DNA of 32,000 nucleotides from Candidatus Iainarchaeum sp. (GCA_016205145.1 JACQJH010000002.1:30001-62000), one strand, 5' to 3'; shown: positions 16,214-24,836, numbered from the stretch's first letter. Translations and numbers: made by a program. Notes: generated by a model not told the origin, from the letters alone.

Positions 16214-16585
16214 TCATTTCTCGTCCAGATGCCTTTTCTTGTGCTTCGGGTTCCTTTGGTCAGGATAGGTTTTCATGCCCGCGACAACAACTTCAAATGG
16301 GATGCCGTGTATTCGTGCATATGCCTTAAGCGCTTCAATCCGCTCCGGACTTAACCTGTTCCCAGGCACATGGAAACGCCTGCTGTTGCTGTCAGAATCA
16401 AAAAATGCCACTTCCCTGTATGCCCTTCTGCCTATGCCGGAAAAAACAGTGCTGCCATCAGGGCCTGTCACTTCAATGGGCCTGCCGCTTGGCGTGTGCC
16501 TTCCAACTTCTTTAGGGGGGCGTGGCGTGGGTTCTAAGCCAGTCTTACTGAGCCGCCGCGCTACCTGTTTTCGTTTTGGTGGCAT
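16214..16585 (-). CDS. Hypothetical basic protein B (123 aa)
   Basis: The ATG at 16585 lies about 25 nt downstream of a TATA-like box. The protein has a K/R/P-rich N-terminal tail (MPPKRKQVARRLSKTGLEPTPRPPKEVGRHTPSGRP) followed by a structured-looking core. Confidence 0.55.
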   Translation of the reverse strand: MPPKRKQVARRLSKTGLEPTPRPPKEVGRHTPSGRPIEVTGPDGSTVFSGIGRRAYREVAFFDSDSNSRRFHVPGNRLSPERIEALKAYARIHGIPFEVVVAGMKTYPDQRNPKHKKRHLDEK

Positions 16586-16603
16586 AATCGAATTACGCGC
16601 CCC

Positions 16604-16616
16604 GATTATAAAATAC
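16604..16616 (-). promoter_or_regulatory. TATA-like box for the ORF B-A transcript
   Basis: The minus strand reads GTATTTTATAATC, centred about 25 nt upstream of the ATG at 16585. Confidence 0.4.
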
Positions 16617-16626
16617 TGCCGTTTTT

Positions 16627-16644
16627 GCAGGCATAGCCGCCTGC
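16627..16644 (-). other. Small perfect hairpin (6-bp stem, 6-nt loop) between ORF C and ORF B
   Basis: GCAGGC-ATAGCC-GCCTGC, 29 nt downstream of the ORF C stop. No adjacent T-run follows on the sense strand, so a terminator role is doubtful. Confidence 0.25.
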
Positions 16645-16672
16645 TTTAGATTCCGGCATTGAAAATCATTGA

Positions 16673-16987
16673 TTACATGCCCAGCAACTGCTCAAGCTGC
16701 TTTTGTTCCCTTAGGAGTTTTGCGCGTTCTTGCTTTAAGCTGCGAATCAGGTCCTTGATGTCACCCGTGCGGCTTTTTGAAAAAGTGGTTTCACTTAATT
16801 GGGCGATCTGCGCTTCCACGGAGTTGAGCCTTGTGCCGGTGCCTGCAAGGCGGCCCATCAAAGAGTTCCTGTCCTGGGCGCGTGCCTGCTTTCCAGGTTC
16901 GGGAAGAGGCATTTCTTCTCCAAGCCCCCGGTTTTTGCCGGGCGTGTGTGCAGGCGGAACTCTTCTCCTGCCATTCGGCCGCGCCAT
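16673..16987 (-). CDS. Hypothetical protein C (104 aa): R/P/G-rich N-terminus and a C-terminal coiled-coil-like helix
   Basis: The ATG at 16987 lies about 27 nt from the shared AT-rich box. The C-terminus DIKDLIRSLKQERAKLLREQKQLEQLL is heptad-like. The protein contains RLAGTGT, which is also present in the receiver protein. Confidence 0.5.
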   Translation of the reverse strand: MARPNGRRRVPPAHTPGKNRGLGEEMPLPEPGKQARAQDRNSLMGRLAGTGTRLNSVEAQIAQLSETTFSKSRTGDIKDLIRSLKQERAKLLREQKQLEQLLGM

Positions 16988-17005
16988 GACAGAATTAATC
17001 CGATG

Positions 17006-17022
17006 TTTTATTTAAATTTTTT
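17006..17022. promoter_or_regulatory. Single AT-rich box equidistant from two divergent start codons (ORF C and folC)
   Basis: The centre of TTTTATTTAAATTTTTT (about 17014) is 27 nt from the ATG at 16987 (-) and 26 nt from the ATG at 17040 (+). Confidence 0.45.
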
Positions 17023-17039
17023 CCCGCAACAAATCCCTA

Positions 17040-18350
17040 ATGAACTATTCCGGCGCGCTTGACTTCCTCGGTTCCCTGAAGCAGGAGTTCATCAAGTTTG
17101 ACCTCGACCGCATGGTGAAGGCCGTGCGACTGCTCGGAAACCCGCAGGATTCGTTCAAAAGCGTGCACGTTGCCGGCACGAACGGCAAGGGCAGCGTCTG
17201 CGCCATGGTTTATTCGATCCTGCGCGAGAACGGCTATTCCGCAGGCATGTACACTTCACCTCACCTTGTCGACGTCAGGGAACGCTTCAGCGTTGACGGA
17301 AAAAGCATTTCGCAGAAAGAGTTTGCGGAAATCGCTTCGCGGCTCAGGCTGGAAAACGAGAGGCTTAACCTTGACCTGAGCTATTTCGAGTTTTCAACCC
17401 TGCTCGCATTCGAGTTTTTCCGGCAAAGGAAAGTCGACTTTGCGGTTGTCGAAACAGGCATGGGCGGAAGGCTTGACGCGACAAACGTCCTGACGCCGAA
17501 AGTCTCGGTTGTGACTGCGATCGGCCTGGAGCACCAGCAGACACTCGGCAGGACGATTGAAAAGATCGCCTCGGAAAAGGCCGGCATTGTCAAGGAAGGC
17601 GTTCCAGCGGTCCTGGGCGAAGAAAATGAAAAGGTCGTGCGGGTTTTTGAACAAAAATGCGCAGAAAAAAATGCCAGGCTTTTCATTGTGCCGCGCAATG
17701 CCCTGGTGGAAAGGAAGTTTTTCGGCCTGCACGGGCAGACATTCTCGTTTGCCGGCAACGGCCTGGAGCTCAGGGACGCGAAAATGCCGTTTGCCGGCAG
17801 GCACCAGCTGCTGAACGCGTCAATCGCCTTGTCCGCAATTGCCGAACTGCAGAAACAGGGCTTTGCGTTTTCCGAAAAGGGAATCCTGCGGGGCCTTGCG
17901 AATGCGGATTGGCCGGGCAGGTTCCAGGCCGAAACTCTGGATGGCGTCACAGTCATTCTCGACGGCTGCCACAATCCGCATGGCGCGAGGGCTTTTGCGG
18001 AAACGTTCATGGAAATCTTTCCGGACAGGAAAGCCGTGTTTGTGATCGGGATATCCGCGGACAAGGACATAAAAAAAATGGCGGAAATTTTCGCGCCATT
18101 ATGCGAAAAGGCAATCGTATGCAGTGCCGGATACCACGGCGCAAAAAAAGAGACCGTCGCAAGGGCGCTTGAAGGCAATAATGGAGTGAAAGCGGTTCTG
18201 GCTGAAAGCGTTGCGGATGCGTTAACATTGGGCAGGGAACATGCCAAAAAAGGCGGCCTGCTTTGCGTTGCCGGCTCGCTTTACGTGGTTGGAGAGGCTT
18301 TTTCCGCGCTCGGATTGAAAACAATTGGCCGAAAGGACAGGCGAAAGTAA
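17040..18350 (+). CDS. folC: Folylpolyglutamate synthase / dihydrofolate synthase
   Basis: SVHVAGTNGKGSVCAM (Mur-ligase P-loop), YTSPHLVDVRERF, ETGMGGRLDATNV, DGCHNPHGA. Confidence 0.93.
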   Translation: MNYSGALDFLGSLKQEFIKFDLDRMVKAVRLLGNPQDSFKSVHVAGTNGKGSVCAMVYSILRENGYSAGMYTSPHLVDVRERFSVDGKSISQKEFAEIASRLRLENERLNLDLSYFEFSTLLAFEFFRQRKVDFAVVETGMGGRLDATNVLTPKVSVVTAIGLEHQQTLGRTIEKIASEKAGIVKEGVPAVLGEENEKVVRVFEQKCAEKNARLFIVPRNALVERKFFGLHGQTFSFAGNGLELRDAKMPFAGRHQLLNASIALSAIAELQKQGFAFSEKGILRGLANADWPGRFQAETLDGVTVILDGCHNPHGARAFAETFMEIFPDRKAVFVIGISADKDIKKMAEIFAPLCEKAIVCSAGYHGAKKETVARALEGNNGVKAVLAESVADALTLGREHAKKGGLLCVAGSLYVVGEAFSALGLKTIGRKDRRK

Positions 18351-18407
18351 AGCCTTTTAACACTTTAATGGTTAATTCTAATGTTTCAGTTGTGGCGGTG
18401 ATGTTTT

Positions 18408-19649
18408 TTGCACCTGGAAAAACTCAAAAAATTCGACCCGGAAATTGCCGATGCCGTTGAAAGGGAAAAAAGGCGGCAGATGGACGGCATAGAGCTCATT
18501 CCGAGCGAAAACCTTGTCAGCGACGAGGTCATGGAAGCCATGGGAACGGTCCTCGCCAACAAATATTCCGAGGGAATGCCGCACAAGCGCTATTACGGCG
18601 GCAATGAAGTGATTGACGAAGTCGAGGATATCGCCATTGAAAGGGCAAGGCAGTTGTTCGGAGCCCAGCACGTCAATGTCCAGCCTCTTTCAGGCAGCCC
18701 GGCAAACATGGCGGTCTACTTTGCCACAATGGAACTGCACGACAGGTTCATGGGAATGGCTTTGGACATGGGCGGGCACCTGACGCACGGTTCGCCTGTA
18801 AACTTTTCCGGAAAATTTTACACGCCTCTGCCTTACGGCGTTGACAGGGAAACCGAAACAATCGATTATGATGCGGTCAAAAGGCAGGCTTTGAAGGAAA
18901 AGCCGAAAATGATCCTGTCAGGTTACACCGCTTATCCGAGGGCGATTGATTTCAGGGCATTCAGGGAAATCTGCGACGAAGCCGGAGCGATCTGCTTTGC
19001 CGACATTTCACACATCGCGGGGCTGTGTGCTACAGGGGTGCATGAAAACCCCGTGCCGTATTTTGACGTCGTGACAACGACAACGCACAAAACGCTCAGG
19101 GGACCGCGCGGCGCAATCATCATGTGCAAGGAAGAGCTTGCAACAAAAATCGACAAGGCAGTCTTCCCCGGCCTGCAGGGCGGGCCCCACGACCACATCA
19201 ATGCGGCAAAAGCCGTTGCGTTCAAGGAAGCCATGTCGGACGAATTCAAGGCGTACGCAAAACAGATTGTGAAAAACGCCAAGGCTCTTGCCGAAGCATT
19301 GCAGGCCGAAGGATTCAGGCTTGTTTCCGGAGGAACCGACAACCACCTGATGCTTGTGGACCTGCGCAAGGCCGGCGTAACCGGCAAGCAGGCCGAAATC
19401 GCATTGGACAAGGCGGGCATTTACTGCAACAAAAATTCAGTGCCGTTCGATGAAAGGAAGCCCTGGGACCCGAGCGGAATCCGCATCGGAACGCCAGTGC
19501 TTACAACGCGCGGCATGGAGGAAAAGGACATGAAAGAAGTCGCGTCCTTCATTGCAAAGGCAGTGAAAAGCGTGGACGATGAGGCAAAACTCAAGGCCAT
19601 AAAGGGCGATGTTTTGCATTTCTGCAGGAACTTCCAGTTCTACAAGTGA
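18408..19649 (+). CDS. glyA: Serine hydroxymethyltransferase
   Basis: ELIPSENL, YSEGMPHKRYYGG, VQPLSGSPANMAVY, TTTTHKTLRGPRG (PLP lysine motif). TTG is the only possible start, because an in-frame TGA lies 3 codons upstream. GGCGGTGAT lies 5 nt upstream. Confidence 0.95.
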   Translation: MHLEKLKKFDPEIADAVEREKRRQMDGIELIPSENLVSDEVMEAMGTVLANKYSEGMPHKRYYGGNEVIDEVEDIAIERARQLFGAQHVNVQPLSGSPANMAVYFATMELHDRFMGMALDMGGHLTHGSPVNFSGKFYTPLPYGVDRETETIDYDAVKRQALKEKPKMILSGYTAYPRAIDFRAFREICDEAGAICFADISHIAGLCATGVHENPVPYFDVVTTTTHKTLRGPRGAIIMCKEELATKIDKAVFPGLQGGPHDHINAAKAVAFKEAMSDEFKAYAKQIVKNAKALAEALQAEGFRLVSGGTDNHLMLVDLRKAGVTGKQAEIALDKAGIYCNKNSVPFDERKPWDPSGIRIGTPVLTTRGMEEKDMKEVASFIAKAVKSVDDEAKLKAIKGDVLHFCRNFQFYK

Positions 19650-19654
19650 CGGTT

Positions 19655-20506
19655 ATGGCGGCAAAAATAATCGACGGCAGTTCGATTGCAAAAAGCATAA
19701 GGGAAAAAGTTGCAATTGAAGTTGCCGGGCTGAAGAAAAAAGGAATCTCGCCGGGCCTTGCAGTGGTCATTGCCGGCAACGATTCCGCCTCCGAGATTTA
19801 CGTGAAAAAAAAGCAGGAAGCCTGCATTCAAGCCGGAATCTATTCCGAAAAACACGCCCTGCCGGAAAACGTCTCCGAAAAGGAACTGCTTGGCCTGATT
19901 GCAAGGCTTAACGCGGACAAAAAAATCAACGGCATACTCGTGCAATTGCCCCTTCCGGCCCACATAAACCAAAACCGCGTGATCCAGGCAATCGAGCCGG
20001 AAAAAGACGTCGACGGTTTCACGCTCAAGAACATCGCAAAGGTTTTTGTCGGAAAAGAAGACCTTGCCGCCGCGACCCCGAAAGGAAGCATGAAGCTCAT
20101 AGAGTCAACCGGCCAGCCGATTGAAGGCAAAAATGCGGTTGTCGTGGGCAAAAGCAACCACGTCGGCAAGCCTCTGGCCGTGATGCTCATGAACCGGCAT
20201 GCGACCGTCACTGTCTGCCACCGCCTGACAAAAAACCTGAAGAGTTTCACGAAAGAAGCGGACATTCTCTGCGTTGCAGTCGGCAAGCCGAACCTGATAA
20301 CAAGGGACATGGTCAAAAAAGGCGCAATCGTCATTGACATCGGCATAAACCGGCTTGCCGATGGAAATGTTGTCGGCGACGCCTCGGAAGACGTCAAGGA
20401 CGTGGCAGGCTGGATTACGCCTGTTCCGAGAGGAGTGGGGCCGATGACAGTTGCAAGCCTGCTTGAAAACACCATCATTGCGACCAAAAGGCAGATGGAA
20501 AAATGA
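19655..20506 (+). CDS. folD: Bifunctional 5,10-methylene-THF dehydrogenase / 5,10-methenyl-THF cyclohydrolase
   Basis: MAAKIIDGSSIAKSIR, PGLAVVIAGNDSASEIYV, NGILVQLPLP, VVGKSNHVGKPLA, PVPRGVGPMT. The track start at 19646 is a GTG overlapping the glyA stop. The ATG at 19655 matches the canonical N-terminus. Confidence 0.94.
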   Translation: MAAKIIDGSSIAKSIREKVAIEVAGLKKKGISPGLAVVIAGNDSASEIYVKKKQEACIQAGIYSEKHALPENVSEKELLGLIARLNADKKINGILVQLPLPAHINQNRVIQAIEPEKDVDGFTLKNIAKVFVGKEDLAAATPKGSMKLIESTGQPIEGKNAVVVGKSNHVGKPLAVMLMNRHATVTVCHRLTKNLKSFTKEADILCVAVGKPNLITRDMVKKGAIVIDIGINRLADGNVVGDASEDVKDVAGWITPVPRGVGPMTVASLLENTIIATKRQMEK

Positions 20507-20919
20507 CCCGAAGACCTGAGCACGGCGGCGGCCCCGACAGACGCCGGCAAACAGAAAAACCGGGGCATTTCCGGCCAGGAATATATGAACCAACATCCGA
20601 AGAGCGGGCCATGCCAAGGGAAACTCTTCGCGCAAAAATCCAACAGTTGCACGAAACTGCAGAAAGATTGCATCACGAATTTGAAGAATTACGGACTAGA
20701 TACTTGGCGATTCACAATCCGGAAATGCATTCACGCCCCCAAAATGATCCTCAAAGGAAAGAATGGGAGCACCTTGGGGATGCAATGGCAGAAGCAGAAA
20801 CTATCCGAAGCGGTCTGTTGCATCAGGCATTCGTGCTAATACAACTTTATAAGGAAAGATTCCGAGAGGAATATTTTCATGATAGAAGCGACTATTTTGC
20901 CGGCAACCCGGAAACCTAA
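20503..20919 (+). CDS. Hypothetical protein (138 aa, or 102 aa from M37), predicted all-helical
   Basis: The ATG overlaps the folD stop (ATGA), and the TAA overlaps the fhs stop on the other strand (CTAA). The N-terminus is R/P/G-rich and is followed by RETLRAKIQQLHETAERLHHEFEELRTRY. GC is locally lower than in the neighbouring genes. Confidence 0.45.
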   Translation: MTRRPEHGGGPDRRRQTEKPGHFRPGIYEPTSEERAMPRETLRAKIQQLHETAERLHHEFEELRTRYLAIHNPEMHSRPQNDPQRKEWEHLGDAMAEAETIRSGLLHQAFVLIQLYKERFREEYFHDRSDYFAGNPET

Positions 20920-22562
20920 AACAGCCCGCTGATTTTCCCATCCGCATCGATGTCCATTTTTTCCGCGGCAGAGTTTCGGGGCAGGCCCGGCATCGTCACA
21001 ATCTTTCCTGTGAACACCACTATGAAGCCCGCGCCGGCGCTCACGGAAATGCCCGCAACCTTCAATGTGAAGCCTTTCGGCCTGCCTTTGAGATTGGGGT
21101 CGTCAGACAAGGAGAACTGCGTTTTCGCCATGCAGACCGGAAGTTTTCCGAAACCATTCTTTTCGGCCCAGGCGATTTTTTCTTCGGCTTCCGCGGAAAA
21201 TCCCACGCCTTTCGCACCGTACATTTCCTTTGCGACAACCAGGATTTTTTCCTTCACGGGCAATGCAGCATCGTAAAGGAACCGGAAGCTGTTTTTTGAC
21301 GCGGCCAGTTTTGCAACCTCTTTTGCAAGTTCGGTTCCGCCTTTTCCGCCGCCGCCGAAAAAGTTGCAGACGAATGCCTTGACATCCAATTCCGAGCATT
21401 TTTTGCGCACGAATTCAAGCTCCTGAAGGGAATCGTTTTCAAAAAGGTTTATTGCAACCACGACGGGCAGGCCGAATTTTTTTGCGTTCTCAACCTGCTT
21501 TTCAAGGTTCGCAAAGCCGTTTTCGACTGCCGGAAGATTCGGCAGGGAAATGTCCTCTGCCAGGCCGTGCTCGCGCAAAGCCTTCACAGTCGCAACTATG
21601 ACAATCGCACCCGGTTTCAATCCCGCCGACCTGCATTTTATGCCAAAGAATTTTTCCATTCCGAGATCGGCACCGAAACCCGCTTCGGTCACGACAAAAT
21701 CCGACAATGCCATTGCCGTTTTTGTCGCAATAACCGAATTGCAGCCGTGCGCTATGTTTGCGAACGGCCCGCCGTGGATGAAAGCGGGATTTCCTTCAAT
21801 CGTCTGCACCAGGTTCGGCTTAATTGCATCCTTCAACAGGATTGCAACCGCGCCCTGCACCCCCAAATCATGCACTGTAACCGGCTTTCCGGCCGCATTC
21901 AACGCAACAACTATGCGTGCAACCCTCTCCTTGAATTCCTGCAGGCTTTCCGAAAGGCAGAGGCACGCCATGATTTCGGATGCCGCGGTTATCTGGAAAG
22001 AATCCTTTCTCTGCGTTTTTGCTCCAAGCGAAACGGTTATTTCACGCAATGCCCTGTCATTCATGTCCATTGCGCGTTTCCAGAAAATATTTTCCACATT
22101 GATATTCAAGGCGTTGCCGAAATGCAAATGGTTATCAATCGCAGCCGAAATGAGGTTGTTGGCCGCCTCAACAGCATGGATGTCGCCCGTGAAATGCAAA
22201 TCAATGTCAACCATTGGAAGGACCTGCGATTTCCCGCCGCCGGTCGCGCCGCCCTTCATCCCGAAAACCGGACCGAGGGAAGGCTGCCTCAGGCACACAA
22301 TGGCCTTTTTTCCAATCCTGTTGAGCGCTTGGCAGAGGCCGATTGAAACAGTTGTTTTTCCCTCGCCCGCCCTTGTGGGCGTGATGGCCGTGACCAGAAC
22401 GAGTTTTGCCCTGGCTTTTTTCCTGGCGGTTGCACGCGCAAGGATTTTCGCCTTGAATTTTCCGAGCGGTTCAAAATCTCCTTTGGCGAGACCGAGCCCT
22501 TCCGCGATCGCCTCTATCGGCACAAGTTTTGCGTTTTGGGCTATTTCAAGGCTGGACGGCAT
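20916..22562 (-). CDS. fhs: Formate--tetrahydrofolate ligase
   Basis: MPSSLEIAQNAKLVPIEAIA, VTAITPTRAGEGKTT, PSLGPVFGMKGGATGGG, VHGGPFANIAHG. Start chosen at the ATG at 22562. The track start at 22589 is a TTG. Confidence 0.95.
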   Translation of the reverse strand: MPSSLEIAQNAKLVPIEAIAEGLGLAKGDFEPLGKFKAKILARATARKKARAKLVLVTAITPTRAGEGKTTVSIGLCQALNRIGKKAIVCLRQPSLGPVFGMKGGATGGGKSQVLPMVDIDLHFTGDIHAVEAANNLISAAIDNHLHFGNALNINVENIFWKRAMDMNDRALREITVSLGAKTQRKDSFQITAASEIMACLCLSESLQEFKERVARIVVALNAAGKPVTVHDLGVQGAVAILLKDAIKPNLVQTIEGNPAFIHGGPFANIAHGCNSVIATKTAMALSDFVVTEAGFGADLGMEKFFGIKCRSAGLKPGAIVIVATVKALREHGLAEDISLPNLPAVENGFANLEKQVENAKKFGLPVVVAINLFENDSLQELEFVRKKCSELDVKAFVCNFFGGGGKGGTELAKEVAKLAASKNSFRFLYDAALPVKEKILVVAKEMYGAKGVGFSAEAEEKIAWAEKNGFGKLPVCMAKTQFSLSDDPNLKGRPKGFTLKVAGISVSAGAGFIVVFTGKIVTMPGLPRNSAAEKMDIDADGKISGLF

Positions 22563-22592
22563 AAAAACCTTCACATAACAAATCACCAAAAC

Positions 22593-22606
22593 AATTTTAT
22601 TAAATT
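22593..22606. promoter_or_regulatory. AT-rich box between divergent fhs and purN
   Basis: AATTTTATTAAATT is centred about 31 nt upstream of the purN ATG at 22631 and about 38 nt upstream of the fhs ATG at 22562. Confidence 0.4.
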
Positions 22607-22630
22607 GCCAACCAGATTTGTCTGTTGCAA

Positions 22631-23242
22631 ATGGCGCTCAATATCGCGGTTTTGGGTTCGACGCGCGGAACAGACCTGCAGGCGGTCATTGATGCCATAA
22701 AAAGCGGAAAACTCGACGCCAGAATTTCCATTGTCATTTCAAACAGGCCTGACGCATCCATACTTGAAAGGGCAAAAAATTCCGGCATCAGCGCAAAGCC
22801 GATTGAAAGCAAAGGCAAAAGCAGGGAAGCCTTCGACAAGGAACTGCTCCAGGAACTTGAACCGCACAGGCCGGACCTCATTCTCCTCATAGGCTACATG
22901 CGCTTCCTTTCCGACGCATTCGTGCAAAAATACAGGAACCGGATAATGAACATCCATCCGTCACTTCTGCCGGCATTTGCCGGCGGCATGGACAGGAACG
23001 TGCACCAGGCAGTGCTTGACGCGAAAGCCAGGGAAACCGGGTGCACACTGCATTTCGTTGACGAAACCCCTGACGGCGGGCCGATAATTTTGCAGAAAAT
23101 CGTTGCCGTGGCTGGAAACGACACTGCGGACTCTCTGAAGGAAAAAGTGCAGGAAGCGGAACAGGAAATAATCGTGGAGGGCCTGAAGCTGTTCGCGGAA
23201 GGCAGGCTCAAAGTCGAAGGCAAAAGGGTTAAAATCCTTTGA
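22631..23242 (+). CDS. purN: Phosphoribosylglycinamide formyltransferase (folate-dependent)
   Basis: IAVLGSTRGTDLQAVIDA, ILLIGYMRFL, IMNIHPSLLPAFAG, TGCTLHFVDETPDGGPII. ATG at 22631. The track start at 22625 is a TTG. Confidence 0.93.
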   Translation: MALNIAVLGSTRGTDLQAVIDAIKSGKLDARISIVISNRPDASILERAKNSGISAKPIESKGKSREAFDKELLQELEPHRPDLILLIGYMRFLSDAFVQKYRNRIMNIHPSLLPAFAGGMDRNVHQAVLDAKARETGCTLHFVDETPDGGPIILQKIVAVAGNDTADSLKEKVQEAEQEIIVEGLKLFAEGRLKVEGKRVKIL

Positions 23243-23251
23243 AGTTTCAAG

Positions 23252-24829
23252 GTGTTTATCCAAAAGGTGGGTTTATTGAAAGTTTCAACCGCGCTGATTT
23301 CGGTTTCGGACAAGACCGGGTTGCAGGAACTCGCAAAGGAGCTTGCCGCCCAGAACATCAGGATAATTTCCACTGGTGGCACCGCGGCCGAGATTGAAAA
23401 GGCCGGAGTCAAGGTTACCAAAGTCGAGGATTTGACGGGCTTTCCGGAAATGCTCGACGGCAGGGTGAAAACCCTTCACCCCAAAATCCACGCGGGCATC
23501 CTTGCGGTCAGGAAGAACAACGAGCACATGAAAAGGCTTGAAGAGCACGGCATACAGGCAATCGACATTGTAGTGATAAACCTTTACCCGTTCAGGAAAA
23601 CCGTTGCAAAGGAAAACGTTCCGATTGCAGAGGCGATTGAGAATATCGACATCGGCGGGCCCGCATTGCTGAGGGCAGGGGCAAAAAACTTTGAAAGCGT
23701 TGCAGTTGTAACCTCGCCGGACCAGTACATGCAATTGATCGCCGAACTGAAAAAAGGCAGGGGAATCCTTTCCGAGGAATTCAGGAAATTTTTGTGCGTC
23801 AAGGCATTCGAGCACACCGCGTCATACGACGCCGCGATAAACGCCTTCCTTGCCGAAAAATTCCTGCCCGAAGAACTGTTCCCAAAAACCCTGAATCTCT
23901 CGTTCGAAAAAGCGCAGGACTGCCGTTACGGGGAAAACCCGCACCAGAAAGGCGCGTTCTACCGGGAATTCGGCGTGAAAGAGCCCTGCATTGCAATGGC
24001 AAAACAACTGCACGGCAAGGAGCTTTCCTTCAACAATTTCAACGACGCCAACGCGGCAATAGAGCTGGTGAAGGAGTTTTCCCGGCCGGCGTGCGCGATA
24101 GTCAAGCACGCGAACCCGTGCGGCGCTGCCGTTTCGGATTCCATTTCACATGCATTCGAATCGGCTTATGCGTGCGACAAGGAAAGCGCTTTCGGCGGCA
24201 TAATCGCGGTGAACAGGAAAATGGATCCGGAAACCGCACAGAAAATCGCGGCGTTTTTCAACGAAATAGTGATTGCCCCGGCCTTTGACGCCGATGCGCT
24301 TGAAAAGCTGCGTAAAAAGCAGAACCTGCGCATTCTGGAAGTTGCCGGCCTCGGCGAAAAGCCTGCTGAAAAAAGCCTGGATTTCAAGCGCGTGAAAGGC
24401 GGCCTGCTTGTGCAGGAAAGCAATGATGCGAAGCCTGACCGGGGCTCGCTCAAAATTGCCACAAAAAAACCGCCCTCCGGACAGCAGCTCGACGACATGC
24501 TTTTCGCCGCAACCGTGGCAAAGCACGTTAAAAGCAACGCAATCGTTTTCGCGAAAAACTGCGCCACGGTCGGAATCGGCGCGGGCCAGATGTCAAGGAT
24601 TGATTCCACAAAGATTGCCGCAATGAAGGCCGGGGGCAGGGAGAAAGGCGCGGTCATGGCCTCAGACGCATTTTTTCCGTTCAGGGACAACGTCGACCTT
24701 GCCGCAAAGCTCGGCATAACCGCCATACTCCAGCCCGGCGGAAGCGTGCGCGACGGGGAAAGCGTGAAGGCCGCAAACGAACACGGGATTCCGATGGTTT
24801 TTTCTGGGGAAAGGCATTTCAGGCACTGA
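23252..24829 (+). CDS. purH: Bifunctional AICAR transformylase / IMP cyclohydrolase
   Basis: ALISVSDKTGL, STGGTA, GRVKTLHPKIHAGIL, IVVINLYPF, DIGGPALLRAGAKN, KHANPCG, GAGQMSR, QPGGSVRD. The start is uncertain: either the GTG at 23252 or the TTG at 23276, which is preceded by GGTGG. Confidence 0.95.
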   Translation: MFIQKVGLLKVSTALISVSDKTGLQELAKELAAQNIRIISTGGTAAEIEKAGVKVTKVEDLTGFPEMLDGRVKTLHPKIHAGILAVRKNNEHMKRLEEHGIQAIDIVVINLYPFRKTVAKENVPIAEAIENIDIGGPALLRAGAKNFESVAVVTSPDQYMQLIAELKKGRGILSEEFRKFLCVKAFEHTASYDAAINAFLAEKFLPEELFPKTLNLSFEKAQDCRYGENPHQKGAFYREFGVKEPCIAMAKQLHGKELSFNNFNDANAAIELVKEFSRPACAIVKHANPCGAAVSDSISHAFESAYACDKESAFGGIIAVNRKMDPETAQKIAAFFNEIVIAPAFDADALEKLRKKQNLRILEVAGLGEKPAEKSLDFKRVKGGLLVQESNDAKPDRGSLKIATKKPPSGQQLDDMLFAATVAKHVKSNAIVFAKNCATVGIGAGQMSRIDSTKIAAMKAGGREKGAVMASDAFFPFRDNVDLAAKLGITAILQPGGSVRDGESVKAANEHGIPMVFSGERHFRH

Positions 24830-24836
24830 AGCAAAA

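Noticed and set aside
18351-23275. I looked for ZTP (pfl) or purine/THF-type riboswitch cores upstream of glyA, fhs, purN, purH and purF.
   Set aside because: The leaders are only about 20-65 nt long. They lack the conserved cores I remember, such as a CCGCCTGGG pseudoknot element or a purine three-way junction. The intergenic space is too short for such aptamers. A covariance-model scan (Infernal/Rfam) would be the definitive test.
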